Part shown: positions 42,901-54,977 of the stretch, piece after piece | How the letters are laid out: each line of letters begins with the position of its first letter | Position numbering within the stretch: the stretch's first letter is position 1 | Source of the DNA: Phoronis australis | Lineage: Eukaryota > Animalia > Phoronida | Direction of reading: 5' to 3' | Length of the DNA: 64,000 nucleotides | NCBI GenBank assembly: GCA_002633005.1 | Contig: NMRA01000178.1 | Location: 193,395 to 257,394, forward strand | The notes under the pieces: generated by a model | What the model saw: only the letters and a program-made list of their open reading frames with translations | Told to the model about the DNA's origin: nothing | Databases searched by the model: none | Position numbers and translations under genes: made by a program

Positions 42901-45309
42901 TATGGTGTCCGTCTCACCTGTATATGGTGTACATAGCCAGGACTGTATTATGTCCCTCTCACCTTTATATGGTGAATATAGTCAGGATGGTATAGTGTTC
43001 GTCTCACCTACATACAGCGTAAATAGCCCAGACTGTATTGTGCCAGTCTCAACTGTACTTGGCACATATAGCGCGGACTGTGTTGTCTTTCTCACATGTA
43101 TATGGTGTATTTAGCCAGGATTGTATTGTGTCTTTCTCACAAGAATATGGCGGATATAACCAGGAGTATTGGGTCTTTCTCGCATATTGTCAGGACTATA
43201 CCATGCGCCTATCTTACCTGTATATGGTATAGATGGCTAAGACAGCATTGCGCCTGACATAAGAATGTCTGTGCTCCAGACAGGCTCTGATGGCTGGCAT
43301 CAACGGCTCCAAGAGTTCCGCCTCCTTTAGCTTACACAGGAAACGCAGCGTGGAGCCACGCAAGAACTCATTAGGGTGTTGCAGGTCCTGGAACACGATA
43401 AGATAATGTAAAGTATCTACGTGAGGAACTAAACACCAAATTAAAACAGTGAAAGGCAACGTAACCAATAGTCAAGAGAGTGCACAACACTCCAGGTTAC
43501 AAAATCCCCCAATATAAGACTTTTAAGTACCAACGTGGCGACTGATCATGTGGGATTGGATACCAGTGACATCTAGAGAACGAGGAGAGATTATATGACC
43601 TTTGTTTAAAACACATTCTGTGTGATCACTGCAAAAGGGTCGTCTCGTGAAGTCAAGCCAGGTAATGGTCAGATATAACATGCATGAATTTTCAGAACCA
43701 GTTTTCTCCACTGAATAACGGGCATCAAACTGGTTCTCACCCATGCTATATCCCCTGTATCACACGCTGCGAAGACAAAGTAACCCCTGGTTCAGCTAGG
43801 TGGCGATATGAGTCACCAGTCCCACGTGATCAGTCCCATTGCTCCCTGAAAGGGTCTGTAATTTGAGTATATTAATAGCAACTGCACTTAAGATCAACAG
43901 CTGATCCACGGATCTGTAGTCACCGTAATGTCTGCACTTTCGTGATAACATGTTGCTTTGAGTATAGTGAAATCCACACAATTTCGAGATTCCCAGCCTT
44001 TTCAAAAGAGAAACAAATCAGCAGCAAATTAACCTTCATTAATAAGTACTGAATGCACTTAACAGCTGAGGTGTTTGACAAGACACGACAATTATGGTAT
44101 TGATTACCTTTCTGTAGGCATCACAGACAAGGATCATCTCGTGCATCAGTTTGCCGTTGGGACCGTACTTGGGCACCACCTCCCAGAAGATGAGAAGTAA
44201 CTTCTTAAGGGTGTGGTCCTGAGACGGCATCACAAACCGAATCACCATCATCAACATGGACGCGCCCACCTTCTCGCCGTTAAGAATCATCTGGATAAGT
44301 TTCTTGAGTGCTTCAGCCTTCACCTTCACATCTCCTTTTTCTAAAAGTCACAAGAAAATAAACGAAACATCAATTAGAATAAAACTAACCAACTTGGAAA
44401 ATAAACAAGCAAAGTTGGAAAATTCTGGTAGCACCCAGGCTCAAGATAAAGCTTCTAGTGGCTATAGTCGTAAGTTGTATTTAAAAAAAAAACAAAAAAT
44501 AATGGTGCAAGTGGTCTGATGTCATTTGCGGTGCATCAGACGTGCGCAGGCCTCATGGTTGGGCCCATTGCACAAAACACCTGAGCAAAAACACGAGAGC
44601 CCAGTTATGGCTCCTCGTGAAGAAAGTTTTCAAGTCTGCCAGTCTCCTTTAGGAAAACGGACAGACGTACTTCACAGAACAAAATATATGCAAAATACAT
44701 TAACAATACGCCTCATACAACGGCATCCTGATATTCCTGTTTAAATAACAACAAGGGCAGCAGACTTTTAATTGCACTCAAATGTTTTTTTAATAATTAA
44801 TATGAACACATCATATTTACAGTTCTACACTGCACTAGATGTAATAATTCTTTTAAGAAAAGTGAACAGATATTTGTTTGTTTCCTACAACTACTATTGT
44901 GGCCACAGGTGAGACTGATTAACTTGTTCTTTAAGATGTTTTGACATGTTCCTAACTATGCTAACTTATAACAGGAACTAAACCACAATGCTATTTTAAC
45001 ATAATCTATGCTAAACAAAGAGCAGCTGTATTCATTGACAACTTATAACTGTGAAAACAAAAAATTTTGAAAAAAGGTGACCTATGCACTAATAACATAC
45101 CTTGCGAGTTCCCAGTGTAATTCCCCAACACCATGTCACGATACTTACTAGACGCAGTTCAGTGATTTGAGACAATTTTCAGCCTACTACCTATTTCTCA
45201 AATGACGTTAAATGAACTTACCCAGATCAGCCTTCAACTGTATTTCAGTGGGCATTTCACTGTCAGTAGGACGATTGATCAGTGTGTAGCATGGTGTTTC
45301 AACCGACAT
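27901..45309 (-). CDS. COPB1: Coatomer subunit beta (beta-COP), complete CDS, 21 coding exons, 958 aa: complement(join 45222..45309, 44108..44340, 43218..43387, 42422..42536, 41850..42080, 40933..41052, 39986..40093, 39357..39503, 38950..39095, 38535..38631, 37870..37927, 37179..37293, 36405..36525, 35215..35286, 34051..34206, 33139..33315, 32162..32306, 31375..31497, 30732..30967, 28402..28557, 27901..27963)
   Basis: Every junction is GT-AG and in phase; the total of 2877 nt is 958 codons plus TGA. Hallmark beta-COP peptides: [159 protein letters not shown]. Confidence 0.97.
28990..29780 (+). pseudogene. Kolobok transposase N-terminal remnant (open THAP ORF 28990-29616, then a frameshifted zinc-ribbon region; catalytic domain deleted)
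   Basis: THAP C2CH signature [32 protein letters not shown]. After a frameshift near 29605-29612 it continues [31 protein letters not shown], a CxxC..C..GH..W motif. Confidence 0.8.
29761..30068 (-). pseudogene. Kolobok accessory gene (KolX, P2X7 C-terminal ballast-like Cys-rich domain) remnant
   Basis: ATG at 30068 with an acidic N-terminus, a 1-nt frameshift near 29955, then FEPEYNEAE...[35 protein letters not shown]. The internal TGA is probably a decayed CGA. Confidence 0.75.
33811..34050 (-). repeat. 21-bp tandem array starting at the COPB1 exon-15 donor, interrupted by a hairpin MITE
   Basis: Minus-strand unit gtaaaccactgtactacactt; the first unit is the real donor (34050). Confidence 0.75.
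35273..36399. repeat. Tandem near-identical duplication (35273-35837 / 35839-36399) around a single N; probable assembly artefact
   Basis: Both copies start tcagcaacaaacgactgg; n at 35838; few SNPs or indels. Confidence 0.85.
35305..35398. mobile_element. Solo terminal fragment of a related Kolobok element abutting the COPB1 exon-14 acceptor (second copy at ~35871-35965 within the artefactual duplication)
   Basis: aaaagctgtaattacgtgaacaatatgtctgggataatcaac...aaaagtgacatgaaaaaaggttgcctttgcct-TTAA aligns with the right TIR of 28725-30399. Confidence 0.75.
39488..39599 (-). repeat. 55-bp tandem duplication of the COPB1 exon-8 acceptor region
   Basis: gcaacacaagcaccatctgcaat(g/a)catgtaa(t/g)aatatacagatgaaacaagacat x2, with 2 mismatches. 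Confidence 0.95.
42880..43256 (-). repeat. 45-bp degenerate tandem array derived from the COPB1 exon-3 3' end plus donor
   Basis: Units start at 42912, 42957, 43002, 43047, 43090, 43135 and 43178; the source unit is 43212-43256. Confidence 0.85.
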
Positions 45310-45940
45310 CTTGAAACTGAAATAACAGTAACATGGGGTTGAACTCTCAGAATGGTCTAGGCAATTACATCACCATGTATGCTGTAGGTATACACAAGCA
45401 ATCGCACATTGAAAATAGTGAATTAATTCGAATGAAACATATGAATATATGAAGCAGGGCTTAGAATGACCCGTGACAGAAACGAGGAAAAACTTCCAGT
45501 TGATATATCGTTCCACAAATAAAGGGGGTTACATGAAAAGAAATATTTTTTGTGATGCAAAATTTTACTGATATAAATGTTTTTGAATGAAGAAAGTCCA
45601 AATAACGATAAAAAAGAGACGGAAAAAGAGGAAACAGGAAATTAAAAAAGGAAGAAATTGAAACCAAAAAAGAGTTCTAAAATTCCACCAGATATCTTCC
45701 CATGCTACCTTTTGTAAGTGTCACGTGCTTCGTTCTACGACCAAAAAAGTGGAGTCTCAATTCCAGTAGACATGCTTCATCGATGACATGGGTAATGGTC
45801 TGATATAACGTGCTCGACTTTTGAGAACCAGTTTTCCCCACTAAATAACGGGCATCAAACTGGTTCTCAAAATGCGGGCATGTTATATCAGACTTTTGCC
45901 ATGATATGTTTCGAACCAAAAAGGACCGCTGAAGAAAGTA

Positions 45941-46604
45941 AGCGCTTGGTTACTGTTTACAATCCGACTCCATTAACGTACATACTTGATATTAATATTT
46001 TCTGAATCCTCTCGTCAGGGTGATCATGGTGATTCCAACAATGTATTACTCGTACCAATTAGGCTTTTTTATTCATGCATTCACCGTTTTTACTAGGTGT
46101 TTTTTGCGGCAGCCCATCTTGAGTGACCACCATTATAAAACTGCGACACCTGTCAGCAGGAATGACAACTACAACGATAATGCGTGTGTCAAAAAGACCC
46201 CAAAATTGGCTAGTATGTTGAAGATAACTCGTGGCATGTTAGGGAAACTGCGAGTAAAAAGCAGTATTAGTCATTTATAAAGGATTCCCTCTTCAAAACT
46301 TCATTAGAAGAAACATGAAAGTATGTTCTCGCGGACAAATGTCGTCCTCGAAAACACTTGACATCTCGCGGTTAACTGTTAGATATCAATCCTGCCGACA
46401 GGTGTTGCACTTTTGAAAATGGCTGCTTCACTAAATCCGCGTTGCAAATGAACGCTTTGGAAAATCTCGGAAATTGTGAATAACAATCGACCAATCAGTA
46501 CAAGTAATACATTTTTGGAATCACTATGACTAGAGGATTCAGAAAATAGTAGTATCAAGTATGCATGTTAATGGAGTCGGATTGTAAACAATAACCAAGC
46601 GCTT
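45941..46604. mobile_element. Non-autonomous long-TIR element (~120-bp TIRs; possibly Kolobok-type) in the COPB1 5'-UTR intron
   Basis: agcgcttggttactgtttacaatccgactccattaacgtacatacttgata... matches the reverse complement of ...tatcaagtatgcatgttaatggagtcggattgtaaacaataaccaagcgct; TSD is degenerate. Confidence 0.75.
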
Positions 46605-47203
46605 TTTTTTTAAGAATAACTTTAAGTGCAAAAAATGTATTTGTGACAAGGTGAAAACCTTTCATTACGTGAGCGGATTAAGCCTACCACTCGTTTAAAA
46701 TACATGAGACGAAATTAACACAGAATGTGATGGAGAGTTTTGTAGCCCCTGTATAGCCTACTGCGGGGCTACGGGTGGCACTGATCAGATACAGCGGTCC
46801 ATGATTTAGAGAACCAGTTGCATCCACTAAATAACGGGCCCCTTATTTAATGACTGCCTGGTTCTCTAAATCGGGGACCTCTTTATTTGACCAGTGCCGC
46901 TACGTGTTGCCTACGAACGTAAGCCTTCTGAGCAGCGCTCCGCAGCGGCCTACCTTAATGGCTGACAGCTTTAAAAGGTGTTAGCCATTAGGTCGCTTGA
47001 CCAATTGCCGAGTTGGATTGGGATTTTCGTAAGAAGACAAGAGCAAGGCGCACGATTTGGTTATGTGGCTTTAAGCTAAACTAAGTGTCGAACACTGAAC
47101 ACCAACGTCACCAATCAGCGCCAACAGCACTCGGTCAGTCTCATTAAATAGAAACAAAATCCAGTGTTTTTAACAATGATTTTCAGCACAATATTAGCTT
47201 CAC

Positions 47204-47270
47204 CTTTTTCAGCCGGTGTCTCGGAAGTCCAAGATGGCAGATTACGTGGCCAAGTCCCGCGAGTAACTAC
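47204..47270 (-). other. COPB1: Putative non-coding first exon (5' UTR) of COPB1
   Basis: Minus-strand donor AAAAG|GTGAAG at 47204/47203 inside the CpG-rich region. The first coding exon is preceded by an acceptor (tatttcag) 7 nt upstream of the ATG, so an upstream UTR exon is required. TSS position is approximate. Confidence 0.55.
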
Positions 47271-47449
47271 GAGACAAACGTTTCTTTGAGGAAGTAAGCA
47301 CTGCGCAATCGCAACAAGAGAAACTATTTCCTGGCTGCGTTGCGTTAGCCCACAACACTAGCAAATCTGTGACATCACGTAAAGCTTTGCGAGATATTGT
47401 TATGAAACGCGAGCTAAGCACGGGATCACATTATACGTACTCGATATAC

Positions 47450-47628
47450 GTTTGCGTCTACGGAACTTGATCCAGAGTCGTCTGCAAGCTTCCTCGTTTG
47501 CGAGCGTCAACAACAGTCACAGCAGTGTTCATGGGGAGTCTGGGAGACGGGCGGTTTCTCGCATAAAGTTGGTGATGAATTTGGTGTCGTAGTACTTCAA
47601 ACACGGTAGTTTGTTGAAAATCCGGGAG
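47450..47628 (+). other. Putative first (5' UTR) exon of a divergent gene, containing short uORFs
   Basis: Strong donor GAG|GTAAGT at 47628/47629; uORF MGSLGDGRFLA* at 47531-47566. Start coordinate is approximate. Confidence 0.5.
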
Positions 47629-50600
47629 GTAAGTCTGCTGTTTAAGTAGCACGCCGCGTGGCTTACAACTTATGCTTCATGACTTGGAAACCCTGCCCCT
47701 GGTTGTCTCAGTCTCACGCCTGTTGCCTTAATTGTTGGACTTTGTACTGTCTGTAGTCTAGTAGTGTACGGCAGGCCTTATCTGTAAGACTGTACTGACA
47801 GCTAGTCTACACTCTCTACATCTTTACAGTACATTTGATTTATAGTACTGATCAGTTCGTCAAAGCGAATCGACTGGTCATTTTATTATACCCGCTTTTA
47901 AAGTTTTTCGCATTACATGACAATGTCACCTGCTCCTGTTTGTTTCCCCTTCACAGTCACACCTTGTGAAATCATAGATATTAGTAAAGTCTATGGTAAA
48001 ATTGATTCCCCCAATTAAGAGAATTTCTTCAGGATCAAGAGAATTTTTTCTTCCTATGACTCATGAGGAGAATTCAGGTGCACTCTGATGTTAATCTTTT
48101 TGGGGGCTTGGCCGTCATGAGTTGATGTACAGATCGACATATCCACATCACAGGGCCGCACTGGGAGGTGGAAACTGTATTTATCAACCGACAGTTAACT
48201 TTCATGGTGAACTGTTGATAACTTTTGAGCGACATAGAAAGAATGAAGGTTCATAACTTTTGAGTGAATAATTAGCTACGTTACAATGATTTTCAAAGTT
48301 TAAAATTATACCTTTGAAAAGCTTTTCCATATGATTTTGGTGGTTTACGCGTAACAAGCTTTTGAAAGTAATTCCTGGCTTGTTTACATACCCATGGATA
48401 TTCGGATGATTTTGTCGTTTATGAGAATTGGGTAAATCTAATCCTTTTCTGCTGATAACACCAACACTGTGGTAGAAGTGTCACCCACTTCATTTTTTAC
48501 AAAACTTAATGAAACTGTGGTACTTCTCAAACGAATTGGGTAAAAGTGACGACAACTGTAAATCTCCTGAAATGCTCTTAATTATTGGTGCCGTATTCAT
48601 CCAAGAACATAAAATTAACATGCGATGTAATTAAAAGTAATTAATTTGCTTAATTGACGTCAGTTTTATACTTTCAAAGGAAAGTGCTACGAGCACCAAA
48701 GCGTAAAATGTAGAGCATGTATTGTGTACTTACAACTGTTTGATTAAAGCAATGATGAATTAATCAGTCAAATGACATCTGTAGGAAGTTGACAACAAAA
48801 ATGACGCTAGAGAGTGGGATCGAATGACGTTTTGATATTGGGCAAGTCATCCTTAAGTACATTTAGTCAAGTAGAATGGAACAGAATACCATAACAGAGT
48901 GCTCACTTCACATCACAGTGCATGACACTCAGCATGTATAGCTCTATATTTGTACTGTGGAACAAAGCAATTACCCATCGGCGACAACTTGATAAAATAC
49001 TTGATGAAACTGAAATAAATTGCAATCGTACATTTTTTAAATCAATATACATATGCACCATCAAATTAAATGTGTTCCCATGTTCAGAATATGTACTTCA
49101 CCTACAGTCAGACGGAGTTTTGAAAATTTGTGGGACTTACGGTAGTCACAGCGATGTTAGAAGTCCTTGAATATCCAAAAAGGTCAGTTTTGGCAATTAT
49201 TCCATTTGAAATTGGTGAAATTTAACTGTGTTTTCGTTTTTGATCTGTACCGGTGTCATGAACCAGTGACCAACCCGAGTATGTCCAGGCTAGAAATGAA
49301 TATAGTAAATTAATTTTAAGTGACAGTCAAGAAAACTGAATTTCAGACCCAGCAGTATCATGGACAAGAACAAGCTGGTAAGAAACGAGATAATAAATAA
49401 TTTTGATGCGTAAAAAACATGTATGACATCAGGCAATGATCCAGGCAAAAGAATACAGTAAAAACTTTTCAATTTGGGATAAAAATAATTGTTAAATTTG
49501 TAATTTTTCTTTTTTTTTCAAAGGTTTACTACATTGCTGCAAATGTTCATAATTTTGCTATGCAATGTTGTTTTTTGACAGTTGTTCAGTAGAAACCATG
49601 TAAAACTTCCGTAGAAGTTCTTTTATCCAGAGCAGTTCGTACTAATCTGTAATGTTTTGTCCTAAATGGAAGAAACTGTACCTTAAACCATTTCTAGTGT
49701 GAATTGATTTTGAAGTGAAATACGCGCAGGCTTATTGATAGGTTTATAGATGATGTTCATTTATGTGTGGTGTTGAAACTATTGACAAGGAAATAGGACT
49801 GGATGAGATTTGTAATTATATTGATGAAAGACAGGAAGCAGTTGTTGTGTCCACTTTTCTTTTTTTATTATTGACAAAGAGCTAGAATAGTTATATAGTC
49901 AGTGCCTCCAAAATTGTCCGGAGATTCCAATCTTCAGTTTGGTTATCACCATATTTGCACTTTTGTATATATTTAATGATTTGAGTTCTAATAAAAATTA
50001 AACTTTAATGACACGCGAAATGTTTAGTGTACCTGTAATGTGATAAGTTTAGGGATGGGCTCACAATGAACTTAACTAATTAAGTTTAGCTGGCGATCAA
50101 AATCTACCAGTGTTTTGGTACTTCAAGTTCAAAACTTAGATAAAAAGTTATCAACCCGTTCCCAGTAAGAAACAAAAACAAGTGGGCAGAAGCATTGAAA
50201 ATTAAATAAAGAAAACCAATATGAAACTGATCGTTTCTTTGGGAAGTGGTCCTTTTTGAAGATAAACACAAGTTAAACTTGTTAGTCATTTTGTGATATT
50301 TGTAATGTACCAAGTTGAAAGTACTCTCCAGAGTTGCAGGCTATAACTCTGCAAATGTCAGAGAAAACCAAATTGGGGGTACTAACAACAACCATTGTTG
50401 AGACAGTAATGCTAGCAATTACCTTTCTACTTCATTAGCTCAGATCTACATCAATATAGAGGGTGTGCTGAATAGGCCTGGTAAAAGTTGTCTGGGGGTT
50501 AGGGAATCAGATTGGTCACCAGTGGAAGCTGTAAGCCAGAAATTCTCCACATGAAGACAACTATTCAGACACGCAATTCTTATAAGTGGATTCATGCAAG

Positions 50601-50629
50601 GTCTGAAGGGACAACAGTTCATCACTCCA

Positions 50630-50815
50630 ACAATATCAAAGATATCATCGACATAGCTGACTTAGATGGGAATGCTGCTGCACTCCTGAAGAAGGAAGGT
50701 TGTTTTGACACTACGAGCGACTCAATATCAAGCTTTTTGATACAAAAAGTTTAATCGTGTTTTCAATGAAGTTTGTGCTAACGAAGGGCTGCTACCGAAC
50801 TATACATATCTAACA
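50630..50815 (+). pseudogene. Penelope-like retroelement ORF N-terminal relic
   Basis: Across frameshifts it reads LF*HYERLNIKLFDTKSLIV/FNEVCANEGLLPNYT, resembling the E..K...FN..C...LLP.YT motif at the start of Penelope-like ORFs (recognised from memory). Confidence 0.4.
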
Positions 50816-51476
50816 ATGGAGAAAATAAGATTTTTGTTCCGTTTGTAGAGTTTAAGGCATCATTTGATAACATTTATAGGAATTTTCAATTGATATTTTT
50901 TAGGCTAAACAATTACTAAAAGCAAAATGTAGATGATGTGTTGAGCTTGCCAATTGAAAAGTTGTGTCAGGTCTCAAATTTCTCAGCAAACTTTAAGTCT
51001 TATGACACACAGTTTCACACCCACACATACATAAGCTGATGGCGTTAAGATAAGAGTTGCCAAATGAAACATAATAAATGACATAATTCACAATTCTCAT
51101 CTTCTTTTACTCTGCAACATAGCTTGTTGCGTACCCCGGGCCAAATAGATTACGATTTAAATCTTGGCAATGTTGATTTTTGAGGGCTTGGGATAAGCAG
51201 CTCTGGATTTTTGAGGTCCAAAGCGTATCCATGTGATTACAGAAGCCATCTGATTTTTCTCAAATTTGGCTCACATCAGAAACTCTCCTAACTTATCTCC
51301 CCACTTTACGTGATTGGGGAGTTCTTCCCGCCAGTTCGCACACTCTCGCCGTTATTGCAGTTTCTGTCTGCTCACTGTTCACTCTACAATTTCAAAGTTA
51401 AACATGTCTCAAAAGAAGAATAGAAGAGGCAGCTCGGTTGTAGATTAGGTTACGGCGTAGCGATACCTTGTGTTTA

Positions 51477-52904
51477 CTGTACCTGTCCGTGTTGCCACCC
51501 AGGGCGCTTAAATTGGGAATCTAAAAAAACGGGGTGGGCGGTAAAGCCGAGCATGGGCGGTTAAAATCGAAATTTTTGAAGTCGGGAGTTGTTGCTTACT
51601 GCACGGAGGACCGATTTTATCCTGACGGACCTACACTGACGTCGGACTTCAAGCATATCATTTAAAATATAGGTCGGGGGATTGAAGTAACGGACTTCGA
51701 CGGCCTGCGCACATGATACAGTGGCGTCGTGATCCTGAGCGTGATTGGGTTTTTACGTACCTCATTGGCTGTTGGTCATCGCTTAGAACTAACGGTATTC
51801 CTACAGATAGGCGTGCGTTCAGTTGAGCAAGTTTCTTGAGAGAAATGACAGGTCACACAAGACTCCGCTAGTTCGCGGTGTATTTTTAAAGGAAGCACTT
51901 CATTGTGTAAAGATTTGCCTCCAGCTGGACACTTAGGCAACCAAGCAGGTGCTGATCGGATGATTGACAGGTCTTCTTACTGAATACTTTGAACTTGGTT
52001 AGGCCACCAAACACAGCTAATGATGGACAGGTCTTCTTATTGAGTAATTTGAAGAATGTAACATTTTATATACATTGTATATTTCTTTTTGAGTTCGTCA
52101 AAGCCAACACCCCTGTTGTTCAAAGCACCTGCTCAACAATCGGACCATACTACTATTAGGCAATAGGGGTACTCGGTCAGCTGCCAAAATAATGAAGCAA
52201 AAACATCTTGTAAAAAGTCATCAGGCAAATCAAAAGTTCAAAAAAATAAGTAATAAGTTTTTGACCACGTGGAACGTGGAAAGAATGTTCGACTTGCGCT
52301 AATGACAAGTTGATTTTTGCAGTCTTGCCTCTGGTTGGGTGCCTCCATTTTGTTGGCAGGAATGAAAGTCATTAAAAACATGTGTTTAACCAAGACGGCA
52401 ACAGCGACACAAGTTGGCTTGTCACAATGGACCATGTCTTTTCTTATTTCAATGCTCAGGGTGGTTATGTTTCGTGTACTGTCACAGGGAATATCACAGA
52501 AAGATTGGCCACGGACGTGATATCGCTGTCAAGTACTGCTTTGTCTCAGTGATCAGTACATGCCGACACGAGTTCCGCGCGTGAGCCAAAAGAAACAATT
52601 GTGTCTCCTTCAGTAAAGGGCCTGAGAATACGGGTATTTTACTGTCACAGTAAGGCAAGTTCCCCGTTCCGCTAAAACTGATTGATTGTCACAGAAAGGT
52701 AAGCGAGTTGCGCACGTTTTTTAGTGGAATCTTAATTTTCTGCGACGAACATTCACAGAAGCACAGATACTTTTATGGAAGTCTAGATCATGAAAATTTG
52801 GGAGTAGGCGGTAAGCCGAGCATGGGCGCTTAAAAATAAGAAATTGAAATTTTCAGGGGTGGGCGGAAAGCTGAGCAATTGGGCCGTAACCTGGACAAGT
52901 ACGG
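51477..52904. mobile_element. Non-autonomous TA-flanked TIR element (Tc1/mariner-pogo-like termini)
   Basis: TA-ctgtacctgtccgtgttgccaccca ... tgggccgtaacctggacaagtacgg-TA, with subterminal gggcggtaaagccgagcatgggcg repeats at both ends. Confidence 0.6.
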
Positions 52905-54977
52905 TAGTACGATGAAGCTTTAAAGTTCAGGACGGTGGAATGTCTGTCCGGTCTAGTGAGAAAAGTGACAATTTGGTATGGTAGCTTATCATGCTGATCT
53001 AAAACTTGTTCAGCCTGCAAACTAGTCTGGACTTGTTCTAATGCACCAGCAGCTTAGTTCTGTTTGTGTGAAGCAGAACAATTATGGGATTAGCATTGAC
53101 TTCACACGAATAAAACACTGATTGCAGTAATACTCTTTGAAGTGTCCTAGATAATGAGATGTAAGTGGTGATATATGTGCAAAAGACTGCAGGAATGCTT
53201 AACAATCAATGGACTAGATTGATATCTCATAGGAAACTAGTACTGTCATCAACAGTGGACACTAAAGAGAGAAGTTTGTAATGTAAAGGAAGACATCATT
53301 TGAAAAGTGCCCTTTTCATGTCAACTGAAAATTGCACAAAGAGATCGTGGAATGCGTAAAAGGATACAGGAATTTCTGGTTCTTGGATGGGAAATAATAG
53401 CTGTTAATTAGGTTAAAGTATAAAAAAGGATTTTTATAACACGTATGCATTATTTTCATTCCGCAGGAACAAAAATAATTACCATATTCAAAGCCAACAT
53501 TTTCACTACATATTAGACTATTTAACCAGGCACCAAGACTTTTTACACGCTTATGCACATAAGTTGCTGATCATGGCCCAGTTGCATAAATGTTATACAG
53601 TATAGCATCAATGACCACGCATTATCACCTGTCATGTTGTTATTATTGAACAATCCACCTGGCGTCATGCTTCAATCAAACTTATTCAGTGGATAACTTA
53701 TGAACCTTTATGCAACTCAGCCCTGACGTCGTGTAACAATCAAATTTTGAAGTTTTATGCAACCCAGCCCAGAATTGTCTATCCCATGACGGAATCGGGC
53801 CAAGGAAAGTGACTCCTCAATGTGACCTCGTGGATATCAGTATTTCACTAGGGTTTGGTGTTGAACAGTACAATCAATACAAACCTTTCTACGCATTCTG
53901 TTGAAATATGGATGATTGACAGGTGTCGTTTACTGAGATCTCTCAGAGCGCCACTCAAACGTTCGCCATCTGGCTTGGCCATCTTGCTTCCTGTGAATGT
54001 CTTCGTCATTTTCATGATCCCGATGGGCTACATTTTCCAGGCACGTGAATTTTTTTCCTGCAATTGTTTATCTGGTTCTGTGATGGTCACATGTTTGGTG
54101 ATTTGTTAATTTTGTGGTATGTTTATTTTTTCTGTCTCACAATTTCTTGGTGTACATGGTATAATTTGTTACTTTTTGTTGATGAAGTAAATTATGGAGT
54201 GAAAACAGAAATTTCAGGGAATTCATTTCATGAACTAGAATTGAAAAATTCTTGTTTTAAGCATTATTGTAATTTCTGCCAAAGTAAGACTTTAGTGTTA
54301 TGGATTTTTTTCATTTTGGCTGTCCATAATCAACTGGCCTTCTTAAAGCTGTAAGCCCAGTAATCATTTCAGCACAAAACATTTACCCTGTCCAAACAAG
54401 TTCAGCTCAACCTACCATTGTTTTATTATAGACCCTTCTTGTGTTGTAGATTAGTATGGTGAACTACCTAACATTTTTTTAAATCGCAAGGATTTTAGTC
54501 CCAAAGCAAAAGGTGATTTAGTCTCGTCTAAATTTAATACGGTACTCAAATTTTTGGTACACTCAAAAAGACTGGACTAGCGAGCGTACTAATGTTGGTC
54601 AGATTACATAAGTGCAATTTGTGAAAGGTTCGGTCTTGACCAGTTTGCCCGACCGTCTTAAAAATCTCCTCACTTGACACAACTGCAGAGTTCTTCTCAC
54701 CATTTCATGCACTCTTGACGTTGCTATTTCTGTCTTCAGTCTTGAATTTGAACTGGCTGTACTTTGAAGCAAGTTTTCTGATATGCAAAATTGGTTGAAT
54801 ACCTGACACTTGTCGTTATTTAAACAACCTTTATTCTGTTCCGTTCGTATCCTTGGAACAAAGTTCGACACTGAACAGAACATTGGTTTAGTAACTGACC
54901 AAGAAACATGATTAAAAGACGTACGATATTTCGAAACATACTCGTTTCATTCTCAAGTGGAAATAAATGACGTAGTA

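Larger units (their letters stand above)
47200..47630. promoter_or_regulatory. CpG-rich bidirectional promoter (COPB1 leftward, unknown gene rightward)
   Basis: Local CpG enrichment; ETS motif CGGAAGT at 47222-47228 next to a YY1-like CAAGATGGC at 47230-47238; outward-facing splice donors on both strands (47203 on -, GAG|GTAAGT at 47628/47629 on +). Confidence 0.6.
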
